This document shows positions 19,910 to 28,929 of a stretch of 64,000 bases of DNA, piece by piece. Below the pieces are notes generated by a model that was given only the letters and a program-made list of their open reading frames with translations, searched no databases and was not told the origin of the DNA. The DNA is taken from NCBI GenBank assembly GCA_963674755.2, contig CAXXVS010000002.1, positions 1,120,001 to 1,184,000 of the forward strand. Reading direction: 5' to 3'. The first letter of the stretch is position 1, and the number at the start of each line of letters is the position of its first letter. A program made the translations under genes and the position numbers. The stretch comes from Desulfobacterales bacterium (GTDB lineage: Bacteria; Desulfobacterota; Desulfobacteria; Desulfobacterales; UBA5852).

Positions 19910-20296
19910 TTATACGCCCGGTCCGGGAGACCCTCGCAAACCAGCAGCAATATTCTGGTTGATGTTGATGATGATATTCAGCTTTTCAGGTGATGGATAG
20001 GCCATGACTTCGAAAATGCGCTTGTCGATAAAGGCCGCCAGACGAAGGATGTCGATTTTGAGCTTGCCGGGCAGCGGATTATCCTCGCGTTCCAATTCTC
20101 CCTGAAAAAGGCTCCAGATTTTCTGATTGTAGCGCAAGGCCTGATCAAGTTGCACCTCCAGATCGGAACTTCCCCAGTTCTCTTGGCATTTTTTCAGCTT
20201 GAGGGCCGCTTCGGTCAGGACCCGGGCTTCGGTTTCACGGCCCGAGATCGTCGATTTGTCCACCTGTTTATAAGCATTAACGGCAGGGTTATACAC
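19910..20296 (-). CDS. flaF: Flagellar biosynthesis regulator FlaF
   Basis: SGRETEARVL, ALRYNQKIWS, DNPLP, IININQNIAAGL; coupled to flbT. Confidence 0.9.
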   Translation of the reverse strand: MYNPAVNAYKQVDKSTISGRETEARVLTEAALKLKKCQENWGSSDLEVQLDQALRYNQKIWSLFQGELEREDNPLPGKLKIDILRLAAFIDKRIFEVMAYPSPEKLNIIININQNIAAGLRGSPGPGV

Positions 20297-20675
20297 GGCT
20301 CATGATCTCCTTCTCGTAGTCAATCAGTTTGCGGGCCAGTTTGAGAGCCTGATAATAATGGTTACCGACAATTTTTTCGCTGATCTGATCGATGGTGGTA
20401 ATGGTGGAAGGGGCGGCCTTGGTCATTTCTTTGACATAATTCCAGTAGGTGTTGTGGTGATCGATCAGATTTTCCTGGTCGATGTACATCAACTGGACCG
20501 TAAAATAAATTTTCTGGGCTACCGTTCGGGCATCGGCTTCACTCAGGATGTCTTTTTCCCGCAGGAGCAGCACCTTGTTTTCGATGAACAATTCGGCTTT
20601 GCTGTCACCGTTTTTAACGACGGCTCCGCCGATAATCATCTTCTCTCCGGGCTTCAACGAGATTTTCAGCGCCAT
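20289..20675 (-). CDS. flbT: Flagellar biosynthesis regulator FlbT
   Basis: MALKISLKPGEKMIIGGAVV.NGD, LLREKDI, IYFTVQLMY, YYQALKLARKLI.YE. Confidence 0.92.
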   Translation of the reverse strand: MALKISLKPGEKMIIGGAVVKNGDSKAELFIENKVLLLREKDILSEADARTVAQKIYFTVQLMYIDQENLIDHHNTYWNYVKEMTKAAPSTITTIDQISEKIVGNHYYQALKLARKLIDYEKEIMSRV

Positions 20676-20819
20676 GGTCAGTCTCCTTGCAGATTGTCGA
20701 CGATGTTCGGCCGCCCCTTCGAACCGCTCCTTAAGGGCCGGCCTTTAATGTGTAATCGGAAATCCTGTCCCTGTCAAAAGTCACTTTTCCATGACAACCT
20801 GCACTTCTGCTCTGCGACG

Positions 20820-21497
20820 CTACATCATTTTCTCTATCGATCGAATGACACGCCCGGCATCCTCTGCTAATTTGCTGCGGCGCTGCTGGATCGTCTGCCG
20901 TGCCTGACCGAGGGCTTTCTGCATCGCTGCAACCTGTTCATCACTCGAATGGATCGTAATGTCGGGCAACCCCAATCCATCCCTCCCTGTATGTACCGGC
21001 TGACGGCGTATGCTCTGTCCCGTCTTCTGTCCCCCGATTTCAACTTCCCACTCTTTCGTCTGTTCGGCACCAGAGGGCCCGATGAGGTATTTTGCTCCGG
21101 CGTCCGGCGGAATGGTCAACTGATCGATCTGTTTGCGCAGCAAGGCAAATCGGCTCAGATAGTTGACACGGTCCTCGCTGCCGGGTGGATAGGGTGGATA
21201 TTGCTTCAAGAACATCTCCACCTCGGACTCCATCTGTTCGACATTGACGTCGATCTCGGTCATGGCTTGGTCAGCAATACGGATGCTTCTGACCACAGCA
21301 TTGAACTCGGCGTTGAACTGCTGCAGCGGGTGGGTCGAAAAAGGGCTGATCTCTGCTTTGATGCCGTCTACCGCCTCTCCTTTAGGGGTCTTGATGCTGT
21401 CCTCGCTGCCGTGATTCTCTCGCGAGGCGTCATCTCCCTTGTAGATGCGGTTGATTTGTGTAAAGGCCTGATTCGCAGCAATCTTCGACGTAATCAT
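20820..21497 (-). CDS. Hypothetical protein with degenerate flagellin-like helices
   Basis: 225-aa ORF with RBS GAGG between flagellin and flbT; segments resemble flagellin D1 helices. Confidence 0.6.
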   Translation of the reverse strand: MITSKIAANQAFTQINRIYKGDDASRENHGSEDSIKTPKGEAVDGIKAEISPFSTHPLQQFNAEFNAVVRSIRIADQAMTEIDVNVEQMESEVEMFLKQYPPYPPGSEDRVNYLSRFALLRKQIDQLTIPPDAGAKYLIGPSGAEQTKEWEVEIGGQKTGQSIRRQPVHTGRDGLGLPDITIHSSDEQVAAMQKALGQARQTIQQRRSKLAEDAGRVIRSIEKMM

Positions 21498-21595
21498 GGC
21501 TCGTTATCCTCGGTATAGGGTTAGCCCGGGGGAGGCTTTCTACCTTCCCCGGGCCTTCTTCCTAGCTGACAAATTGGCGGTCAGCTATCGGCCTG

Positions 21596-22411
21596 TTAGA
21601 ACAGTCTCATGACGGACTGTGCCGCTTGGGAGGCCAGGCTCAGCGATGTGGTCCCCAGGCTCTGTCGCGTCTGGAGCATCAGCATGTTGGCGCCTTCCTC
21701 GTTCAAGTCGGCATTGACCAGTGTCGCGGCCCCATCCTCGAGGGTGTTGATCATCTTCGAGGTGAACTCCTGGCGCGTGGTGATCGTGCTCAACTGGTTG
21801 GACAGCGTCTTGGACGATGTCCGCAGGCTATCGCGAGCATCATCCAGAAGCGCAATGTCTCCGGTGATGTTGGCATCCGTTGCCCAACTGCCGCTGGCTG
21901 TGGTGCCGTTCAACGCACCGGTACCGTCCTTGCCGCTTACCGTCAATGTTGACTCGCCGGATTCGTCAAACGAGACGACGATGGACTGGCTGGCATCCAG
22001 CAGATTGGTGCCCTTGTAGCCGGAGTCGCCCCGCAATTCGGAGATCTGGGTCATCATCGTGTCGTACTGACCTGACAGCGTCGCGCGTTCCGTGGTGTCA
22101 TTGGTGGCCAGGGCGGACTGCGCCAGCGACTTGGCCGAAGCGATCATGTCGGTGATGGCCGAAATACCGTTGTCGGCCGCCTTGATGGTCTGGATGGCTT
22201 CGGACATTTCGTCCTTGCGCATGGCCAGGTCGTTGGCCCGCTGGGTGTGGCCCTGGGCCGCAAAGAAATTGATGGGGTCATCCAGCGCGGAATTGACGCG
22301 CTTGCCCGTGCTCAGACGGGTCTGGGTGCTTTCCATCAGGTTTTGGGTCTGCTGCAGGCTGTAAAGATTGGCCCGCATGCCGCTGGTCAGGGTGATGTTG
22401 TTCATAGCCAT
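21596..22411 (-). CDS. fliC: Flagellin (short, 271 aa)
   Basis: RLSTGKRVNSALDDP N-terminus; ADLNEEGANMLMLQTRQ...SLSLASQAAQSVMRLF C-terminus. Confidence 0.95.
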   Translation of the reverse strand: MAMNNITLTSGMRANLYSLQQTQNLMESTQTRLSTGKRVNSALDDPINFFAAQGHTQRANDLAMRKDEMSEAIQTIKAADNGISAITDMIASAKSLAQSALATNDTTERATLSGQYDTMMTQISELRGDSGYKGTNLLDASQSIVVSFDESGESTLTVSGKDGTGALNGTTASGSWATDANITGDIALLDDARDSLRTSSKTLSNQLSTITTRQEFTSKMINTLEDGAATLVNADLNEEGANMLMLQTRQSLGTTSLSLASQAAQSVMRLF

Positions 22412-22501
22412 GGTGTGTTGCTCCTTTCTAGAGGGTTTTCCCGGTCCTTCTGGCCAGGGAAATAGGGTTTATCCTTCTGGTAAACGGCGCCGTTAAGTCT
22501 G

Positions 22502-22528
22502 TTATCGGCCTTACTAAAAGAGACTTTA
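22502..22528 (-). promoter_or_regulatory. Sigma28 (FliA) promoter of flagellin 21596-22411
   Basis: Minus strand TAAA-N15-GCCGATAA, exact consensus. Confidence 0.9.
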
Positions 22529-22635
22529 GCATTATTAAGAAACTTAACGTAAAGCGTTCTATGAGTCTGCATCCGGTTGACAGACAAACGCTTAACCATT
22601 TTATTTTTTTACATTTTATATGCGGTTTTTTTACT

Positions 22636-22666
22636 AAAAAAGGGGCGCCGAAGCGCCCCTTTTTTC
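22636..22666. terminator. Rho-independent (bidirectional) terminator after flagellin 22718-23533
   Basis: AAAAAAAGGGGCGC-CGAA-GCGCCCCTTTTTT. Confidence 0.9.
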
Positions 22667-22717
22667 ATGCCTTTTACCACGACCGTCGGCCAATTGGCAT
22701 TGGCGCGCGGTTTTTCG

Positions 22718-23533
22718 TTAGAACAGTCTCATGACGGACTGTGCCGCTTGGGAGGCCAGGCTCAGCGATGTGGTCCCCAGGCTCTGTCGCGTCTGGAGCA
22801 TCAGCATGTTGGCGCCTTCCTCGTTCAAGTCGGCATTGACCAGTGTCGCGGCCCCATCCTCGAGGGTGTTGATCATCTTCGAGGTGAACTCCTGGCGCGT
22901 GGTGATCGTGCTCAACTGGTTGGACAGCGTCTTGGACGATGTCCGCAGGCTATCGCGAGCATCATCCAGAAGCGCAATGTCTCCGGTGATGTTGGCATCC
23001 GTTGCCCAACTGCCGCTGGCTGTGGTGCCGTTCAACGCACCGGTACCGTCCTTGCCGCTTACCGTCAATGTTGACTCGCCGGATTCGTCAAACGAGACGA
23101 CGATGGACTGGCTGGCATCCAGCAGATTGGTGCCCTTGTAGCCGGAGTCGCCCCGCAATTCGGAGATCTGGGTCATCATCGTGTCGTACTGACCTGACAG
23201 CGTCGCGCGTTCCGTGGTGTCATTGGTGGCCAGGGCGGACTGCGCCAGCGACTTGGCCGAAGCGATCATGTCGGTGATGGCCGAAATACCGTTGTCGGCC
23301 GCCTTGATGGTCTGGATGGCTTCGGACATTTCGTCCTTGCGCATGGCCAGGTCGTTGGCCCGCTGGGTGTGGCCCTGGGCCGCAAAGAAATTGATGGGGT
23401 CATCCAGCGCGGAATTGACGCGCTTGCCCGAGCTCAGACGGGTCTGGGTGGTCTCCATCAGGTTTTGGGTCTGCTGCAGGCTGTAAAGGTTGGCCCGCAT
23501 GCCGCTGGTCAGGGTGATGTTGTTCATAGCCAT
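22718..23533 (-). CDS. fliC: Flagellin (271 aa), near-identical paralogue
   Basis: Same as 21596-22411 (offset 1122) apart from a few 5' substitutions (LMETT/LMEST, LSSG/LSTG). RBS AAGGAG before ATG 23533. Confidence 0.95.
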   Translation of the reverse strand: MAMNNITLTSGMRANLYSLQQTQNLMETTQTRLSSGKRVNSALDDPINFFAAQGHTQRANDLAMRKDEMSEAIQTIKAADNGISAITDMIASAKSLAQSALATNDTTERATLSGQYDTMMTQISELRGDSGYKGTNLLDASQSIVVSFDESGESTLTVSGKDGTGALNGTTASGSWATDANITGDIALLDDARDSLRTSSKTLSNQLSTITTRQEFTSKMINTLEDGAATLVNADLNEEGANMLMLQTRQSLGTTSLSLASQAAQSVMRLF

Positions 23534-23616
23534 GGTGTGTTGCTCCTTTCTGGATGTTGATCGGGCATTCTGCCCTTTAGAGTGAGGCATTGACGAAATA
23601 TTCGTCGCTGGAATGC

Positions 23617-23643
23617 TTATCGGACGTCCGTGGAAAACCTTTA
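23617..23643 (-). promoter_or_regulatory. Sigma28 promoter of flagellin 22718-23533
   Basis: Minus strand TAAA-N15-TCCGATAA. Confidence 0.85.
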
Positions 23644-23919
23644 AGTTTTTTTTCACAACATGTGTCCCTATCCGTTTCCGGCACCGCCAGAGCCCCTCCT
23701 CAGAAATTCATGGAACCCATCTCAAATAAGTTTTCCCGCCCGTTATCGGCGCTGAAGCCTTGTGGCAGGTCCTCGACATAGTGGCGTATACTTGCGGGTT
23801 GATCCTCGGCTTCGCCCTGATCTCGAACGAAAACGCTAATTTTGAGCTGAGTCATGGTCTTTCCCGATGGATTGTCCTTTCTAATGAGCAATAGCAGGGC
23901 ATTGTATTTCACAAGCCTC

Positions 23920-23946
23920 TAAAGATTTCTTCAAACAATCCGATAT
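23920..23946 (+). promoter_or_regulatory. Sigma28 promoter upstream of the response-regulator/HDOD/kinase operon
   Basis: TAAA-N15-TCCGATAT. Confidence 0.75.
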
Positions 23947-24038
23947 AAAAAAAAAGAATCCTGCGCGCTGTCCAAAAACGACGGTCCGCAGCCGATATCG
24001 AAATGCAAAACGAGATGCCTTAATAAAGGATAAACACC

Positions 24039-24422
24039 TTGGACAGCCGAACGAAAATTCTGGTGGTGGACGACGAACCGACCATCTGCAGCATGATGAA
24101 GGTGTTTCTGACCCGAATCGGCTATGCGGTCAAAACCGTCAACACGGGCGATGAAGCCATCACGGTCTTTGATGAGGATCCTCCCGATATGGTCTTGTTG
24201 GATATCAGCATGCCCGGGATGCGCGGCATCGATGTTCTGCAGCTCATGAAGACCCGTAAAGCCGATTGCGGGGTCATTATGTTGTCAGCTTATGGCGACG
24301 AGCAAACCATCCAGGAGGCCATCGACATGGGGGCATACTGCTATATCCAAAAACCCATGGAACTGCTGGATTTAAAAAAGCGGCTGGAAGAATTGCATGA
24401 ACACATCTCGGAGGCAGCCTAA
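24039..24422 (+). CDS. Single-domain response regulator (receiver)
   Basis: ILVVDDE, LLDISMPGMRG, MLSA, YIQKP; TTG start after AAGGA. Confidence 0.92.
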   Translation: MDSRTKILVVDDEPTICSMMKVFLTRIGYAVKTVNTGDEAITVFDEDPPDMVLLDISMPGMRGIDVLQLMKTRKADCGVIMLSAYGDEQTIQEAIDMGAYCYIQKPMELLDLKKRLEELHEHISEAA

Positions 24423-24749
24423 GTGCGGCGTATCCAGCTGAAAGAGGCCCAGGTCGATATGATTCTGGCTGCCGATATCGACAATGCACAGCAGATGTTG
24501 CTATTGAAAAAAGGGACCTGTCTGACAGCGAAAAATCTACGTATGCTCAAATCCTGGGGGATTGATCGTCTTTATGTTGAATTGCCGGCGAATGATGATG
24601 CGGATAACGCTCAGGCGCCTGAAAATCTCATCGACCTGGAACAGCAAATCCTATCCCGATTTACCGGTCCCGTAGAAAACCCGATTGTATCCGAAATCTG
24701 TCACGTGGCGGCCGAAATCATTCATGACCGCAGGCCTCTGAAGGAATAA
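24423..24749 (+). CDS. Hypothetical protein (resembles the N-terminal module of HD-GYP/HDOD partners)
   Basis: MILAADI...LLLKKG..LT...L..LKSWGI pattern; tightly packed in the operon. Confidence 0.6.
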   Translation: MRRIQLKEAQVDMILAADIDNAQQMLLLKKGTCLTAKNLRMLKSWGIDRLYVELPANDDADNAQAPENLIDLEQQILSRFTGPVENPIVSEICHVAAEIIHDRRPLKE

Positions 24750-24753
24750 GGTC

Positions 24754-25659
24754 ATGCTGTCACCGCGACTCAAGGCACTTGTCCGTCACATTGATGATCT
24801 TCCTACCCTGCCCCGGACGGTTTTCCGCATCACGGAAATGATCAACAATCCCGGCGCGTCCGCCCGCGACCTGGCGAGCGTCATCACAGACGACCAGGTC
24901 CTTACGGCACGTCTGCTGCGATTGGTCAATTCCTCTTTCTATGGGTTTCCCCAGCGCATTTCAACGGTCACCCGAGCCATCGTATTGCTGGGCTTTGATG
25001 CCATTCGCCATCTTCTGCTAACCACTTCGGTGTTTGATGTGTTCTCGAATCGCAATCAAGAAACGACGTCTAGCCATGAAGACCTCTGGGATCACTCGCT
25101 GGGCTGCGCCGTGGCGGCCAAGGTCATCGGCCGACATATCCGTCACGAGAAAATTGAAGAATTGTTTGTCTGCGCCCTGCTCCATGATATCGGCAAAATC
25201 GTATCCATGGTGTACGCCCCCGATGATTATTATGCTGCCGTCCGCCTGGCCGCTGAAAAGAATAGTCTGCTGATCGAGGCGGAAACAGAACTTTTCGAGT
25301 TTACCCACACTGACACCGGCCGCCTGTTGGCGGAACGGTGGCACCTGCCGGCCATGGTCACCGAGGTCATCGTACACCATCACACACCCGGCCAAGCCGG
25401 CGCTTTCGTTCGGGATGCAACCATCGTTCACCTGGCGGATATTCTCTGCCGTGCGCTGCGATACGGTTCCGGTGGCGACAATCGTATTCCGGCTCTCGAT
25501 CAATGCGTTTGCGACCTGCTTAATATCCAAAAAGATCAAATCGATACGCTGTTGCGTGAAATTGAAGCAGGCTTTAATGACATCCGTCCGTTCACCGAGG
25601 CGATCACAACAGCGGCGTCCGATGGGCATAAGGCGGTGGTGACGCCTGTCATCTTTTAG
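24754..25659 (+). CDS. HDOD domain protein
   Basis: LPTLP, DQVLTARLLRLVNSSFYG, LWDHS, LLHDIGK, LAERWHLP. Confidence 0.92.
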   Translation: MLSPRLKALVRHIDDLPTLPRTVFRITEMINNPGASARDLASVITDDQVLTARLLRLVNSSFYGFPQRISTVTRAIVLLGFDAIRHLLLTTSVFDVFSNRNQETTSSHEDLWDHSLGCAVAAKVIGRHIRHEKIEELFVCALLHDIGKIVSMVYAPDDYYAAVRLAAEKNSLLIEAETELFEFTHTDTGRLLAERWHLPAMVTEVIVHHHTPGQAGAFVRDATIVHLADILCRALRYGSGGDNRIPALDQCVCDLLNIQKDQIDTLLREIEAGFNDIRPFTEAITTAASDGHKAVVTPVIF

Positions 25660-25686
25660 TCTATAGCCACTTAAGCGAGCCGTTAT

Positions 25687-26943
25687 ATGAATTTGCCCCT
25701 TCCTGAAAGCGCTATTCTCGCCTTTGTTGATAAAGTGGAGGATCTCAGTCTTTTCCAGGACCGCATCGAAAAACCATCCCGCATCCCCCAAATCTGGGAC
25801 GCTTTTCGAGAAGAGATCGAGCGACAGATAAAATCGACGGCCATTGCCTTGTTTCTGGTTGACCATAAAACGCGCAGCTTTGAGTTACGCCACTGGGCAC
25901 CCCTTGATTGTGAAAGCCCGTGTCGCCGCGAAGTCGATGCGCAAATCGAATGCGGCACTTTTGCCTGGATCATCAACCGCCGACTACCGGCGGTTATACC
26001 GTCACAGGTTTTCAGAGGCCCCCAGACCCTTGTCATGCTGCCCCTGGCAACCCATGCCCGAACACTTGGCGTTGCCATGGTCACGACGACGATCGAAGAA
26101 CAAGCCGTAACCCATGAACGTCTGCGCCTTTTGGGTATTTTATCCAAGCAATGCGCGTTGGTGATGGAGAACACCCTGCTTTACGATCAATTGAAAACGG
26201 AACACGCTTCCCTGCAGGCCGCGCAGGCGCAAATCATCCAGGCGGAAAAATTTGCCGCGTTTGGGAGGCTTACATCAGGCGCCTTCCATGAATTGCTGAA
26301 CCCTCTTAACATTATCAGCGGTCACCTGCAGCTCATGATGATGGCCGAAGATCTTAAGCAACCCTGGAGTGACGACCTCTTCTCAATGAAATCGGCCTCA
26401 GACCGTATTGCGGCCATTGTCAACAGTCTGCTGAAATTCTCCTCGAAGCGCGCCTCGAAAGGCGTTGCGATTGACGTCGCTGAGGCGCTTCGGCAACTGC
26501 TCGAAGACGTCAAAGCCCGTCGACCGGAGCGCCCTGTTGCAATTGAAATGTCATGCGAACCGGGGTTGCCCCCGATAACGGCTTATGAAGAAGATTTCAA
26601 AACCGTTCTTAATCATCTTTTAGACAACGCCTTCGATGCCATGCCGGAAGGGGGAACACTTCAAATTGGGGTTGGATATGCCACAATTACGATAGAGGAA
26701 AATGACGTCCGACAGGCCCTTGAAATCCGTGTGACCGACAGCGGATGCGGCATTTCGGAATCCAATACGCACAAGGTATTCGATCCCTTTTTCACGACCA
26801 AGGCCGTAGGAGAAGGAATGGGATTGAGCCTTGCCGTCAGCTATGCGCTGGTGTGTGCCATGGGAGGAACGCTCGCCTTCAAAAGCGCCGAAAATGATGG
26901 GACCGAGTTCTACATTCGACTGCCGATCGACACATCGCCCTAA
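25687..26943 (+). CDS. GAF-domain sensor histidine kinase
   Basis: H-box FHELLNPL, N-box NHLLDNAFDA, DSGCGI, FDPFFTTK, GMGLSL. Confidence 0.9.
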   Translation: MNLPLPESAILAFVDKVEDLSLFQDRIEKPSRIPQIWDAFREEIERQIKSTAIALFLVDHKTRSFELRHWAPLDCESPCRREVDAQIECGTFAWIINRRLPAVIPSQVFRGPQTLVMLPLATHARTLGVAMVTTTIEEQAVTHERLRLLGILSKQCALVMENTLLYDQLKTEHASLQAAQAQIIQAEKFAAFGRLTSGAFHELLNPLNIISGHLQLMMMAEDLKQPWSDDLFSMKSASDRIAAIVNSLLKFSSKRASKGVAIDVAEALRQLLEDVKARRPERPVAIEMSCEPGLPPITAYEEDFKTVLNHLLDNAFDAMPEGGTLQIGVGYATITIEENDVRQALEIRVTDSGCGISESNTHKVFDPFFTTKAVGEGMGLSLAVSYALVCAMGGTLAFKSAENDGTEFYIRLPIDTSP

Positions 26944-26987
26944 TCGTTTGAACTGCCCGCCAGTACTTTTTATGGGCTATTTTAGTC

Positions 26988-27014
26988 TAAAGGAAATGCG
27001 GTATCAGCCGATAT
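26988..27014 (+). promoter_or_regulatory. Sigma28 promoter upstream of cheX
   Basis: TAAA-N15-GCCGATAT. Confidence 0.8.
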
Positions 27015-27065
27015 GGGGTACAGAACATTTCAACCGGGTGACATCACAAGAAGGGACAATAAACG

Positions 27066-27539
27066 ATGGAATTAGCAACCTTTGATCTGCCCATTTTTCT
27101 CCGGGGAGCAACCCGGGAAGTGTTTGATACGATGTTATCCATGGAATTGAACGAACAGGATACCCTGTCCTTGGCGGACGGTAGCCGCATTGTGGGGTCC
27201 GTCAGTCTCGCCGGCAGCGTCTCAGGCACGGTCAATATCCATGTCAGTGACACTTTTGCGGCTCAGATTACAGCAAACATGCTCGGTATGGAGATCGATG
27301 AGATCGAAAGCGACGAAGAAGTCCATGACGTCATCGGTGAACTGAGCAACATGATTGGCGGCGATTTGAAATCCCGTCTGTGCGATGCCGGGTTCATCTG
27401 TGAACTTTCCATTCCGTCAATCACATCCGGCAGGGACTTCAACATCGAGTCGAAGGGCTGGGCGGTAAAAGAATCGGTCTGTTTTCAATATCAGGACCAC
27501 ATCGCGTTGATCGAGGCCTTTATCAAAAACGGCGGATAA
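27066..27539 (+). CDS. cheX: Chemotaxis phosphatase CheX family protein
   Basis: DVIGELSNMIGG (E-x-x-N active site) and SIPSITSG. Confidence 0.88.
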   Translation: MELATFDLPIFLRGATREVFDTMLSMELNEQDTLSLADGSRIVGSVSLAGSVSGTVNIHVSDTFAAQITANMLGMEIDEIESDEEVHDVIGELSNMIGGDLKSRLCDAGFICELSIPSITSGRDFNIESKGWAVKESVCFQYQDHIALIEAFIKNGG

Positions 27540-27562
27540 GCCGCCGCATTAGGAGGAAAACG

Positions 27563-28306
27563 ATGGGATTAAAAATTTTGACGGTCGATGACAGCAAGAC
27601 CATACGCATGATCGTTAAAAAAGCGTTCCGCCCCTATGATTGTCAGATTGTCGAGGGCGAAAACGGGGTGGAGGGACTGGCCCTGGCATCCAAGGAGAAG
27701 CCGGATCTGATCATTCTCGACATTACCATGCCCGTGATGAATGGGGCTGAAATGTTGTCCAAGATGAAGGAAGAGCCTGATCTCAAAAATATTCCGGTGA
27801 TTATGCTGACGGCCGAAGCCGGCAAAGACAATGTGATGAAAATCGTCCAGATGGGGGTCAAGGACTACATGGTCAAACCCTTCAAGGGGGAGCAGCTCAT
27901 CGAACGCGTTACCAAAATTATGCCGCTGTCAGAGAAAAAGGCGGAAGCGCCGGCGGAAGAAGAGAGCAGCAAATATTTTAATCTCGATGGTGATATTCAG
28001 CTGCTCGCCGTTCCTTCTAAAATTTTACGCCCCACGATCGTCGACGTTGAATCCCAGCTCAAGCCCAAACTCAAAGAGATGTCCAGCGGCGGCATTAAAA
28101 AAATGATTCTGGATCTTTCGAAAATTACCGAAACCAATGTCTCTCTGATCAAGCTGATCATCACCATACTTGACAATTGCCAACTGGCCGGCGTCAAGGT
28201 TCTTACGGTCGCCAGTGCCAGTCTTGGCAAGGAGCTTAAAGAATTTCAGGAAACAGGCAATATCCCCATTCATTTTTCCATCGACGATGCCAAAGCCGCC
28301 TTCTAG
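27563..28306 (+). CDS. Response regulator with C-terminal STAS-like domain
   Basis: Receiver (LTVDDS, ILDITMPVMNG, MVKPF); C-terminal MILDLSKI...IHFSIDDAKAAF resembles an anti-sigma antagonist (STAS). Confidence 0.8.
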   Translation: MGLKILTVDDSKTIRMIVKKAFRPYDCQIVEGENGVEGLALASKEKPDLIILDITMPVMNGAEMLSKMKEEPDLKNIPVIMLTAEAGKDNVMKIVQMGVKDYMVKPFKGEQLIERVTKIMPLSEKKAEAPAEEESSKYFNLDGDIQLLAVPSKILRPTIVDVESQLKPKLKEMSSGGIKKMILDLSKITETNVSLIKLIITILDNCQLAGVKVLTVASASLGKELKEFQETGNIPIHFSIDDAKAAF

Positions 28307-28760
28307 TATACCCGTTGCGAATTGACATGCCTGTCGACCGATCATTCCGACTGGTTTCAAGCCTCTCCTAATTCAACAAAGGGGGGCTGGAATCAGTTGG
28401 ATGACCGGGGAGCAGTCCGGCATCGTAGGTGTTGATGCCGCAATCCCTGAAAAAGCCCCCTCAGCTAAAACTAAGGCCCCCCGTCTGTTCAACCTCAACC
28501 GCACCACCCGCGTGGAAAATATCAGTGTTCATCCAGCGATGATAGATTTTGGTTTCTGGCTGGGCCCAAGCGCGTTTTCCCGCTCTGCGGGACTTCCTGT
28601 CTGATTGATGCCCATCGGTGGGTGTCAAGCGGAGGAATAGCGCGCCATTTCGAGGATTGAAAACAAGTGAGAACGCCGCCAGGCGCCGAAAGATGCCATT
28701 TATGGATGGACACGATCAAACGGGATCAAATCATACCCGGCCCTTCTTTTGGTTTAAATC

Positions 28761-28787
28761 TAAAGTTTTCCTATTAAATACCGATAG
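28761..28787 (+). promoter_or_regulatory. Sigma28 promoter upstream of the HDOD/hybrid kinase pair
   Basis: TAAA-N15-ACCGATAG. Confidence 0.65.
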
Positions 28788-28929
28788 TTTTCCATGATGG
28801 CGTATAGGTAGGCCACCCTGTCTATCGTTTCATCGGAGGTCATCACTGGTGTTTGCGATCAAACATGTGAAACGGAAAATGGAATGCGTGCCGTTACGGC
28901 CATACGATTTTCGGATTTAAGCCGTAAGA

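Noticed and set aside
23534..23656. 41-aa N-terminal extension of the upstream flagellin in the ORF track
   Set aside because: It overlaps the sigma28 promoter; the RBS and the paralogue place the start at 23533.
23700..23912. Small minus-strand ORF and a GCCGATAA box at 23743-23750
   Set aside because: The box has no TAAA at 15-bp spacing, and the ORF could not be assigned.
28310..28750. Structured RNA or small genes in the intergenic region
   Set aside because: Only a loose hairpin and short ORFs without support.
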